Source of the DNA: a virus
Strand: one strand, 5' to 3'
IMG/VR virus record: IMGVR_UViG_3300027708_001637
DNA: 64,000 nt
Shown: positions 1-8,138 of the stretch, piece by piece
Position numbering within the stretch: the stretch's first letter is position 1
Layout of the letters: every line of letters starts with the position of its first letter
Made by a program: the position numbers and the translations under genes
The notes under the pieces: model-generated
The model's input: the letters and a program-made list of their open reading frames with translations, nothing else
The model's database searches: none
Told to the model about the DNA's origin: nothing

Positions 1-1
1 A

Positions 2-880
2 AATTCTACGCTCTGGCGCACGTTGTATACGATAGATTAGAATAGCATCTTCTAACAATTCTTTTTGTTTGAATACTTTGAAGATACTTTCCATCAAACT
101 ATTACCAAATGGATAGTTGTTGTCCAAGCCTTCACTCATAGAGATATGAATAACGTGGCGTGCATCAATAGCATATTGATTTTGATTTTCAGCAAATCTG
201 CCACCAGCAGCAGTTGTTGGAAATGAACCAGTCATTCCTCTGCCGCCGCCTGCGCCGCCTTGGCCACTGCTATATGCGCCTCCGAACTGACTACCGCCAC
301 CACTTTGATTACTAGGTTGAATAGCAGTTGTACTCAATGCTTCAAAGTTAGGATTAAAATCACGAATCATATATTGTTCAGGCTTTTTGCCTTCTGATTC
401 GTTTACAATAATTTTATCTACTTTAGCCGGATCTACATACATCCAAGCCTGTGTTTCTGGGTCACGGACAAAGAAACTATCACCAAACTTAAATGCATTT
501 CGTACGATTTTAAACATACGAATAGGGAATTTGTTTAACTTACACCACTGTTGTAGATACTTTTTAATGATCTTAATTTCAGTTGTAGTGGCTTGTTCTT
601 TAAATTTAATTTGAAATGGAGTTCCGTTTTCTTCATTTAATTGGCAGCAAAACTCTGCTAAAATATCAAATGCAGCATTAACTTCACTGTCGCTATCCAT
701 AGTATCGTACTGACCATAACGTTCTAATCTGTTGGGATGTCCAGCATAAACGTCAGGCAAGTAACTGCTATAATTCGAACGGCTTGGATTATTGCCACTC
801 ATATTCATACTGGCAGAGCCACTGATAGGGCTCATTTTGCCTGCTAAATTAACAGGCGTGAAATATTTTTTCCAACTCAA
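2..880 (-). CDS. gp20: Portal vertex protein (T4 gp20-like), 3' end outside the window; TTG start
   Basis: Absent from the ORF track. Manual translation from TTG at 880 reads (M)SWKKYFTPV...YDTMDSDSEVNAAFD...ELLEDAILIYRIQRAPERRI, matching the gp20 LEDAxxIYRxxRAP motif. GGAG RBS at 889-892, late promoter at 904-911. Confidence 0.92.
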   Translation of the reverse strand, partial: MSWKKYFTPVNLAGKMSPISGSASMNMSGNNPSRSNYSSYLPDVYAGHPNRLERYGQYDTMDSDSEVNAAFDILAEFCCQLNEENGTPFQIKFKEQATTTEIKIIKKYLQQWCKLNKFPIRMFKIVRNAFKFGDSFFVRDPETQAWMYVDPAKVDKIIVNESEGKKPEQYMIRDFNPNFEALSTTAIQPSNQSGGGSQFGGAYSSGQGGAGGGRGMTGSFPTTAAGGRFAENQNQYAIDARHVIHISMSEGLDNNYPFGNSLMESIFKVFKQKELLEDAILIYRIQRAPERRI

Positions 881-903
881 AGTAGATTCTCCGACTTATA
901 CGT

Positions 904-911
904 TATTTATA
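904..911 (-). promoter_or_regulatory. T4-type late promoter TATAAATA for the portal gene
   Basis: Exact TATAAATA on the minus strand 24 nt upstream of the portal start; the window encodes gp55. Confidence 0.75.
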
Positions 912-938
912 GACTTAGTACAGTGGCAGCATATTTCA

Positions 939-3167
939 TCAACGGCTACCTAATCCGTTAGGGTAAGCAGATCTGCCAGTCCCTTGAGGAGTGTTAATTA
1001 TTACAGGCTGCTGCGGATTATTTTTACTCTCTTCGTAGTGTTCTTGTGCTTGTTTTAATCGACGATCGGCAATTGCATTTGCAATTTGCTGTTCCGCGTG
1101 CAGTTTCTGCAAAAGTTCTGCTTCAGGAGTTAATTCTTTTTTCTTCTTGTTGCTATCACTTTTTAGTGATGCGCCAATTGCATCCCAATTTTGAAATAAT
1201 CCTACCCCAGCACCTAATGCGCCGCCCACCGCTGCGCCAACTAGATTTCCAATTACAGGAAAAACAGTTCCCAATTCTGCACCCAACGCTGCACCAGTTA
1301 ATGCACTTGATGCGACATCTGTGTATGCTCCTGCTGTTGGGTGATCGTTTTCTTTCAAATAATTAGCACCCATACCGAGTCCTAAACCAGCTATTCCAGC
1401 ACCAGCAATAACCCCTGGAGTTATTTTAGAATTATATCGTCTTCCGCCAGCGGCCTTTGCTTCTGCTTCAAGTCTTGCCGCACGTTCAGCGGCATTTTCT
1501 GGATATCGGCCATTTGCTGTTTCTCGTGAAAGACTGTTGCCCCCTGTTCCACTAAGACTACGTAGAACAATCACATACATAGGATTATTAATACTTCCCA
1601 AACTTGAAAATTTATTTAAAAAACTTGTTGCGCCAGCACTTAATGCTGAATCTGCTTTTCCGCGTAATTGTAAGTATTTCAAAGTGCCATAAAAAGCCAG
1701 CAATGCTCCACCTATTAGGTAAAATCTATCAGCAACTGTTTTTAAGACAAGAGAAATTCCCTGCATAGGATAATACAATGCGCTCAGCAATGTATTGCCT
1801 ATCTTCTTAAATTCCAATTCAGTATCAGCAGCAGTTTTAGCCTGTGAATTATTTTGTGCAATTTGTTTACGAACAGTTGCTTCTAACTGTTTTGCACTGC
1901 CTTCGGCAGTGTCGGCACCTTGTTTTTGCAATTGTATAGCACGCAATCCGGCGCCGCTAACAGTTTGATTAGTATATGATAACACATCGCCAGCAGTGCC
2001 TATTCGATTGACCCCATCTACTACGCCTTCATTAAAATTTCCAAGTCCCCGTTCTACGCCTGCCAAAGTACCTGTAGCACTTCTTGCTTGATCCGCCATT
2101 TGGTATACACCGTTAGCGGCTTGTCCAAATATTCCAACAAATTGCCTAGCATCTTTAGTTATTGGAGGGAGCCCTGCTATCCTTGACATATATGCATCTT
2201 GGGCACCTGCAATACCAGACATTGCCGCTGCCTGCCTACCTACTTCAGCGCGAACTTTTTGTTCTTCTGTCATATTAGACAGTACTCGTTGATAAGCAGC
2301 GTTTGCAGCCGCTTTCTTTTGTTCTTCTTCTTGTTGTTTTCTACTGATACCACTAAGTTGGGTTAGTTTATCAAGTTCAGTAAGATATTCACCTGTTGCT
2401 GCGGTAATGCCATTAGTGTTTAATAATTCTTCTTTTGATCTCCCACCAGTAGCATTTATAAATGATAACATCCCTTTGCTGACATCTTCAGTAGAATATC
2501 CCAGAGATAAAAGTTTTGAACCAACTTCACTAGTAATCAATGAATTATTCAAAATTGCAAATGAGCGAACTCCGTCATCAACTGTACCGCCCATCTTTGC
2601 AAATGTAGTGCCATTATTTCTTACAATTTCAGTAAATTCTTTTAGCGACAAGTATGAATTTGAAGCAGCCAATCGCATATCATAAAGACTTCCGCTAAAA
2701 TTTGCACCCACAGAAGTTAATTCTCGATACGATGCTATGCTTGTTTCTTGAAATTTGGCAAGGGCTGAAAATGCGTTAAGAACATACTCAATTCTTTGAG
2801 GAAACAAACTGGCCATGGATCCTAGAACACTGCTAAGGCCTGCAGATCCTTCAATCAATTTTCCAGTAACACTCATCAAAGACATGAAAGTAACTTTCAA
2901 TTCTTTTGTTTGTTCTTTGGCATTAGATAATTCATCCCCGGCCTGTTTACTGTTGGTTGTTACAGAGGTTAATCCCTGACCAACTTGTGCCACAGTAGCA
3001 GGATCAAGTCCTGCTTTGGAGGCCAACGACATGGCACTTTTTATACCTTCTTCAGTTTTAGCAGTGGCTGCTAACAAAGCTCGAAGAGTTGCTTCCGTAG
3101 CAGCATTGTTAAGGGACACATCCTTAATTCCATCTGCTCCAACTATTTGTCCAGTAACTGTTGCCAT
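939..3167 (-). CDS. Probable tail tape-measure protein
   Basis: 742 aa, Ala/Gly-rich and predicted helical, C-terminal glycine-zipper hydrophobic segments (GAALGAELG...GAAVGGALGAGVG); adjacent to hub/chaperone genes. Confidence 0.7.
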   Translation of the reverse strand: MATVTGQIVGADGIKDVSLNNAATEATLRALLAATAKTEEGIKSAMSLASKAGLDPATVAQVGQGLTSVTTNSKQAGDELSNAKEQTKELKVTFMSLMSVTGKLIEGSAGLSSVLGSMASLFPQRIEYVLNAFSALAKFQETSIASYRELTSVGANFSGSLYDMRLAASNSYLSLKEFTEIVRNNGTTFAKMGGTVDDGVRSFAILNNSLITSEVGSKLLSLGYSTEDVSKGMLSFINATGGRSKEELLNTNGITAATGEYLTELDKLTQLSGISRKQQEEEQKKAAANAAYQRVLSNMTEEQKVRAEVGRQAAAMSGIAGAQDAYMSRIAGLPPITKDARQFVGIFGQAANGVYQMADQARSATGTLAGVERGLGNFNEGVVDGVNRIGTAGDVLSYTNQTVSGAGLRAIQLQKQGADTAEGSAKQLEATVRKQIAQNNSQAKTAADTELEFKKIGNTLLSALYYPMQGISLVLKTVADRFYLIGGALLAFYGTLKYLQLRGKADSALSAGATSFLNKFSSLGSINNPMYVIVLRSLSGTGGNSLSRETANGRYPENAAERAARLEAEAKAAGGRRYNSKITPGVIAGAGIAGLGLGMGANYLKENDHPTAGAYTDVASSALTGAALGAELGTVFPVIGNLVGAAVGGALGAGVGLFQNWDAIGASLKSDSNKKKKELTPEAELLQKLHAEQQIANAIADRRLKQAQEHYEESKNNPQQPVIINTPQGTGRSAYPNGLGSR

Positions 3168-3191
3168 TGTTTTTCCCGAGTTTTCTGCGTA

Positions 3192-3199
3192 TATAAATA
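3192..3199 (+). promoter_or_regulatory. T4-type late promoter TATAAATA
   Basis: Exact consensus upstream of the 3254 gene. Confidence 0.7.
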
Positions 3200-3233
3200 C
3201 TGTATAAGATAAAGATTATTCTTATCTACTAGT

Positions 3234-3241
3234 TATTTATT
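3234..3241 (-). promoter_or_regulatory. Late promoter variant AATAAATA for the tape-measure gene
   Basis: One mismatch to TATAAATA, upstream of the start at 3167; the same variant recurs before other structural genes. Confidence 0.55.
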
Positions 3242-3253
3242 CGGAGAAATTCT

Positions 3254-4150
3254 GTGCAACCAACCAATGTTCAATTCCCATCGTCTGCCGCATCATTGCC
3301 TATTTCAAATCCGCTGGCCATGTATATGCGTCAGCCTAAGATTTACTTTAGATTACCCAGCAGTGGAAATTTTTGGCCCAAAGGCAGCATTGAAATTCCA
3401 GAGACTGGACAGTTACCGGTATATTCAATGACTGCCAAAGATGAATTATTATTGAATGTACCAGATGCATTAATGAATGGGCAAGCTGTTGTTGATGTAA
3501 TACAAAACTGTATTCCCAGCATAAAAAATGCTTGGCAGGCTCCCAGTATTGACATTGATGCCATGCTTATTGCCATTAGAATTGCAACATATGGAGAAAT
3601 GATGGATACACCCGTGACATTTAAAAATGATATTGTAATGGATTATCAAATTGATCTGCGCACTGTATTAGATAATTTGATTCAATCCATATCCTGGGAT
3701 AATGCAATAGAAATTAGTAGCGAACTTACTGTATTTGTCAAACCCCTCAACTATAAACAACTAACTGAATCGGCATTACAAAGTTTTGAAACTCAAAAAA
3801 TTATGCAGTTGAGTAACAATGATTCAATAAGTGAAGATGAAAAAGTCAAAATGTTTAAAGAAAGTTTTGCTAAACTGACTAATTCTACAGTGGGTATGGT
3901 ATCAGCTAGTATTAGTCATATTGACACATTACAGGGTAGTACAGATAATCCCACTTTTATTAAAGATTTTATTGACAATGTGGACAAAGATGTTTTTAAT
4001 AAAATTCAAAAACATTTAGATAAGTTAAAAGATATAAATTCTATCAAACCAATGACTGTACCTGTAACTGATGAAATGCGAGAAAAAGGCATTTCAGGCG
4101 ACTCAGTTGAAATTCCATTAGTTTTTGACGCATCAACTTTTTTCGTATGA
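3254..4150 (+). CDS. Baseplate hub assembly protein / tail assembly chaperone (T4 gp26-like)
   Basis: 298 aa, GTG start after GGAG; NPL..Y.RQPKIY..LPS.G..W and YSMTAKDE motifs resemble gp26-family proteins; divergent from the tape-measure gene. Confidence 0.65.
   Translation: MQPTNVQFPSSAASLPISNPLAMYMRQPKIYFRLPSSGNFWPKGSIEIPETGQLPVYSMTAKDELLLNVPDALMNGQAVVDVIQNCIPSIKNAWQAPSIDIDAMLIAIRIATYGEMMDTPVTFKNDIVMDYQIDLRTVLDNLIQSISWDNAIEISSELTVFVKPLNYKQLTESALQSFETQKIMQLSNNDSISEDEKVKMFKESFAKLTNSTVGMVSASISHIDTLQGSTDNPTFIKDFIDNVDKDVFNKIQKHLDKLKDINSIKPMTVPVTDEMREKGISGDSVEIPLVFDASTFFV
4138..4144 (+). other. Candidate -1 ribosomal frameshift heptamer T TTT TTC
   Basis: X XXY YYZ heptamer in the correct phase at the end of 3254..4150; the -1 frame is open into 4147..4374. 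Confidence 0.6.
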
Positions 4151-4374
4151 GGCTTTTGTATCTTGATGCTGCTGGTATTGAACGCATAGTAAAAGAATAC
4201 GACAGCAATACAAGAGCCTTAAAAGAAGAATTATTAAGAATTTGCTGGTTTATGCGTGGCGGGATTGGTTACAACGACAGTCATATGCTGACCGTTGAAG
4301 AAAGAACTTTGATCAGCAAAATTGTAGAAAAGAATTTGGAAACCACAAAGGAAAGTGGTTTGCCTTTCTTTTAA
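4147..4374 (+). CDS. Small tail/baseplate assembly chaperone (gp51-like or gpT-like moiety)
   Basis: 75 aa, ATGA overlap with the upstream gene, RICWFMRGG motif; lies in the -1 frame of the upstream gene. Confidence 0.55.
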   Translation: MRLLYLDAAGIERIVKEYDSNTRALKEELLRICWFMRGGIGYNDSHMLTVEERTLISKIVEKNLETTKESGLPFF

Positions 4375-5228
4375 AGAACAATTCCTAAGAAACGACTGAA
4401 CCCTACATTTTCCATAGTTTTCTTTTCAGTATCCACTGCCTTTGCTTCATTGTCTGCACGATCCAATCCGTCACGAATTGATTGACGTAGTGCAGGACCA
4501 TTTTTTTCATCGTTGTATGTTGCTTTATAATATTCAACTATTGTTTCTGCATTAATTACAGGAGCATTTCCAGTAGATACCGATTGTGCCCCTGTATCAA
4601 ATGAGGGGATGCCTTGGTTTGAAGGCTGACCACTTACACTATTTGATGCTGTTTGATTGCCCATAGTCGAAGGCTGTCCAGCAGGTTGAGAAGTTTGTTG
4701 TTGTGATTGAGCAACTGCTGAAAAGATATCATTAAGTTGTTGTTTGTTTAATGGGGAATTTTCTTGTATTTTTGAGAGTTTGTCTTCATTCATGCCAGGA
4801 ATACCTCTAGATCCAAATTTCTGAGGCACAGGTTCCTCTTTTGGAGGTTTAGGCGTCATACCTGCTTGAGCAGTTTGTGCAGCCTTTTTAAATTTTTGTT
4901 GTTGTGTTTGCGAAGCTGCTGATGATGTTGTAGTATCTACTTCTGTAGGTAATTTGGAACGAGCAGCATCAATAGCACGAGATCCGTATCCCAGTTGTTT
5001 AAGAAATTCAATAACAGAATCACTATCTGATGTCTTATTGTGTTGTTTTAACCAATATGTAAATTTAGTTAGCATTTGAGACACAGTACTACTTTGTTGA
5101 TAAACATTTTTCGCACCCTGCACGGAGCCTTTGACGTTTCCAACAACTTTTCCTATTCCTTGGCTAACACCTGCAAGGCTTATTTCATCTAGAGATAGAT
5201 CTTCGAGTATAATGTCATTAAGTTTCAT
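4371..5228 (-). CDS. Putative virion internal/head protein
   Basis: 285 aa, Gln/Ser-rich; N-terminus MKLNDIILE resembles a capsid-targeting sequence; late promoter at 5251-5258. Confidence 0.5.
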   Translation of the reverse strand: MKLNDIILEDLSLDEISLAGVSQGIGKVVGNVKGSVQGAKNVYQQSSTVSQMLTKFTYWLKQHNKTSDSDSVIEFLKQLGYGSRAIDAARSKLPTEVDTTTSSAASQTQQQKFKKAAQTAQAGMTPKPPKEEPVPQKFGSRGIPGMNEDKLSKIQENSPLNKQQLNDIFSAVAQSQQQTSQPAGQPSTMGNQTASNSVSGQPSNQGIPSFDTGAQSVSTGNAPVINAETIVEYYKATYNDEKNGPALRQSIRDGLDRADNEAKAVDTEKKTMENVGFSRFLGIVL

Positions 5229-5250
5229 GGGTATTCCAAATTTGATATTT

Positions 5251-5258
5251 TATTTATG
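5251..5258 (-). promoter_or_regulatory. Late promoter variant CATAAATA
   Basis: 23 nt upstream of the start at 5228. Confidence 0.55.
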
Positions 5259-5259
5259 T

Positions 5260-5680
5260 AAGGAAATGAGCATTCGCTCATTTGTTCTATCGCTCACGCT
5301 CAGAACATTTTAAGTCGAAGACTAATAATATTATCCAGATTAATCGCTCACACTTTGCCCAGACAAGGGCAAAGAAACATTATCCGAGTTGAACCATGTC
5401 ACTTAGTGTTACTGCATTACAGAGGCGGTCATCCGGTACCTCGAGCAGCGTCTTTATACGACGGCGGCTTATGTATATACACTAACATATACATAAACGT
5501 AGGGAATACTATCCCTTCATTTTGCTTATTCTTTATCTTCAAACATCTAAACCGCAAGCATTTGCGATCTTCGTCCTGTTAAGGATAGTAGATGAGTGCT
5601 CACTTCAGCGGTGAGTCTTCCGTCCCCGTTATTATCCGGTTGTCACTAGGCACCCGTGCTAAGCCGGTGCGAGCCAATCC
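5260..5680 (-). ncRNA. Candidate structured non-coding RNA (alternatively a replication origin)
   Basis: The only long gap in a fully tiled window, visibly more GC-rich, with serial hairpins: 5264-5283 (8 bp), 5283-5307 (6 bp), 5353-5374 (8 bp), 5449-5463, 5469-5496 (10 bp), 5501-5516, 5553-5566, 5574-5585, 5599-5615, 5650-5670. Family not recognised. Confidence 0.55.
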
Positions 5681-5684
5681 TGAA

Positions 5685-6107
5685 TTACTTTTTTAAAATG
5701 TGGGAGCCATGAACGCGGACCGAGATTTGTCCATTGTAGTAGTCTGTAGATTCAAGTACTTTGCGGTCGAATTGTTCACGGGCCTCAATGTAACTACATT
5801 CACTTTTACTTTTGCAGTAATATAATATCTCTCTTTTGAAATTTTCTTTGCCTATTTTTGCTATATCTGCTGTTAACTCTAGACTGGACCCGTAATATTC
5901 CTGCCAGTCAGATTCGATTTTGCTTCGAATTTTCTTCTTTTTCTTTGTGCCATTCTTTAATGTTACAGTCTTATATGTGGTCTTCGCAAACTTTGCGAGT
6001 TTCTTTCCTATATATTTTCTGCCATTTGTCAAATTTGTAATCAAATAGACAAACCCCGCGCAATCATCGGGAAGTTCGTTTACTATTTGATCCTGGTACG
6101 TCCACAT
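5685..6107 (-). CDS. GIY-YIG endonuclease (Seg-like, catalytic domain only)
   Basis: GFVYLITNLTNGRKYIGKK, YYGSS, FKREIL and E (YIEARE) motifs; 140 aa. Confidence 0.85.
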   Translation of the reverse strand: MWTYQDQIVNELPDDCAGFVYLITNLTNGRKYIGKKLAKFAKTTYKTVTLKNGTKKKKKIRSKIESDWQEYYGSSLELTADIAKIGKENFKREILYYCKSKSECSYIEAREQFDRKVLESTDYYNGQISVRVHGSHILKK

Positions 6108-6402
6108 TCTGTTTTACTGGTTTTGGTTTTTTCTCACCAGGTGGCCTACCTAACGGAGCCGGAGATATAATATGTTGTGTCTCTTCGGCCAGTTTTGACA
6201 AACGAATCATTTCATATTGTATGGAACGCATTCTTCTCATATGTCTACGTAATAAACCACCAGGGTTATTTCTTATCTTTTTAAAAGACAAGAACGTTGT
6301 ATGGTAGTTATGCAATTCAATCATTAGGCCTAAAAATTCTGAGTATAATTTCTTATACTGTTCCAATTCTTCATTCACTTGTGGAGTATGAGGTGAAACC
6401 AT
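6064..6402 (-). CDS. Hypothetical protein
   Basis: Fills the gap between gp46 and the GIY-YIG gene; the true start may be the GTG at 6378. Confidence 0.55.
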   Translation of the reverse strand: MVSPHTPQVNEELEQYKKLYSEFLGLMIELHNYHTTFLSFKKIRNNPGGLLRRHMRRMRSIQYEMIRLSKLAEETQHIISPAPLGRPPGEKKPKPVKQNVDVPGSNSKRTSR

Positions 6403-8137
6403 TTTCTTTTACTACCCTAAGTACATTGTTAACACGACCTACCAACTCGTCCTTGTGGGAGATTAGGTAAATGTTCTTGTTTCGTTCGCGAGCCATTTTC
6501 TTTAATACTGCCAGTGCACTTTCTACACCAGCACTATCCATACCAGCATCAACCAATTCATCAATAAACAGCAAGTTAATACTTTGATACAGGCCTTCCC
6601 ATACATCACGGAATGCAAAACTCATACTCAAAATCAATCGATTACGTTCACCACGTGACAAATTATCAAAGTCTAAGTCTTGTCCCAACTGTGTAATCTC
6701 TACATTCAAATCGTTTTGGAATATAACACGATGTGGTAGACCCAACTTGTCAATATAGTAGCCCAGTCGCTTGTTCAAGTAACTTAAATTCTGATCAATA
6801 ATCTTTTTACGGACAAAACTATCTTTGTTAGTCAACAGTTTCAACAAGAATTCTTGATGATCCTTAAGACTTGTTAGATTATTAATTGTGTCCCAAATGA
6901 TTTCTTGTATTGCAGACTTTTTAAGTTCGTCAACTTGTTCAGCATATGGGTTTACATCATCTGCTCTCTCAGTTAACTTGCGTTCTAAACTGTCTAAATT
7001 ATTTTTGTGTCCCAGTGCTTCTGCTTCTGTGTCGTAGAATGTTATGGGTCTGCGAGGTTGATCACCTGTACCCAGTTCTTCTACAACTTTAAGATAATCT
7101 CCACTGACTTTATCAAAGTAAGTTAATGCATCAGCCAAGTGTTGATTGGCAGTTGCAGTCATTTCTTCGTGTTTATGATCGTGCAGTTCCTGTTCACAAG
7201 CGTGACAAGTCTTATTACCTAAACTGGCCAGTTCCTTTTGATACTTCTTAACAGTTTTGTCAGCCTGACTAACTGCGGACTCTAGCGTAGATTTTTGTTT
7301 ATTAAGATTATTAATCTTAGTATTGTTTTCTTCCCACACCTTTAACTGAGCGTGTGCTGCCAATTCTTGTTCAATGTCAACTGTAACTAGGGTTTGTATA
7401 CTGTTTACAAGTGACGTCAAGTCAGTTTCCTTCTTGCTTTCCCACGCTTTACTCTTTAATTCAAGTGAATTAATGCTGATTTGAATGTTATCATTGGCAC
7501 GTTTGGTAGCATCGATCCTAGCAGTTTCTTCTACAATACTATCTTTTGTAGTTTTAACAGATGCTTTTAGTATCTCTGCCTTTTCACTCAGCAATGTAAT
7601 ACCCAGCAGTTGCTCGATAACTTCACGCTGATCAGCAGCCCGCATACTTAGGAACGGCTCGGTATAAGTGTTTAATGCCACAAGATGTTTGAACATTGTA
7701 TGTGACATTTCCAACATCTGTTCAATGGCCTTTTGTGTTTCACGGCTATCTCCCTGACTGTCGTCCTCCGAATCTTCAGTTTTTAGTTGGTTATCGTTTA
7801 CAAACAGTTTAAGTACATTGGGTTTACGCCCGCGCTCAATACGATATTTGTTACCATTCTTTTCAAACTCCACTGTGACTAACATATTTTTACCGTTAGT
7901 CTTGTTAATCAAGTTTTCTTTCTTGATATTAGTCAGTGCTTGTCCATACAATGCATAACTTAGTGCATTGATAATTGTAGTTTTACCTGTTCCATTACGT
8001 GATCCAGTATCGTCGCCACCTAAATCCAAGTTGGCGCCCAGTACTAAAGTTAGTTGTTCTTGTTTAAAATCCACGGCTTGGGTTTGCGCACCCACGCTCA
8101 TAAAATTCTTTACGGTTAAATTATTGATATCAAACAT
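6371..8137 (-). CDS. gp46: Recombination endonuclease ATPase subunit (gp46 / Rad50 / SbcC)
   Basis: Walker A NGTGKTT, zinc hook CHAC, signature LSRGE, Walker B LFIDE, H-loop ISH; start moved to MFDINNL at 8137, just after the gp47 stop. Confidence 0.95.
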   Translation of the reverse strand: MFDINNLTVKNFMSVGAQTQAVDFKQEQLTLVLGANLDLGGDDTGSRNGTGKTTIINALSYALYGQALTNIKKENLINKTNGKNMLVTVEFEKNGNKYRIERGRKPNVLKLFVNDNQLKTEDSEDDSQGDSRETQKAIEQMLEMSHTMFKHLVALNTYTEPFLSMRAADQREVIEQLLGITLLSEKAEILKASVKTTKDSIVEETARIDATKRANDNIQISINSLELKSKAWESKKETDLTSLVNSIQTLVTVDIEQELAAHAQLKVWEENNTKINNLNKQKSTLESAVSQADKTVKKYQKELASLGNKTCHACEQELHDHKHEEMTATANQHLADALTYFDKVSGDYLKVVEELGTGDQPRRPITFYDTEAEALGHKNNLDSLERKLTERADDVNPYAEQVDELKKSAIQEIIWDTINNLTSLKDHQEFLLKLLTNKDSFVRKKIIDQNLSYLNKRLGYYIDKLGLPHRVIFQNDLNVEITQLGQDLDFDNLSRGERNRLILSMSFAFRDVWEGLYQSINLLFIDELVDAGMDSAGVESALAVLKKMARERNKNIYLISHKDELVGRVNNVLRVVKENGFTSYSTSE

Positions 8138-8138
8138 C

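Noticed and set aside
5260-5680. tmRNA, RNase P or group I intron as the identity of the structured island
   Set aside because: GGGGAC and GGTTCAAC occur, but there is no acceptor stem, T-arm pairing or CCA end; no GAGGAAAGUCC RNase P motif; no P7 core or interrupted exon pair around the GIY-YIG gene.
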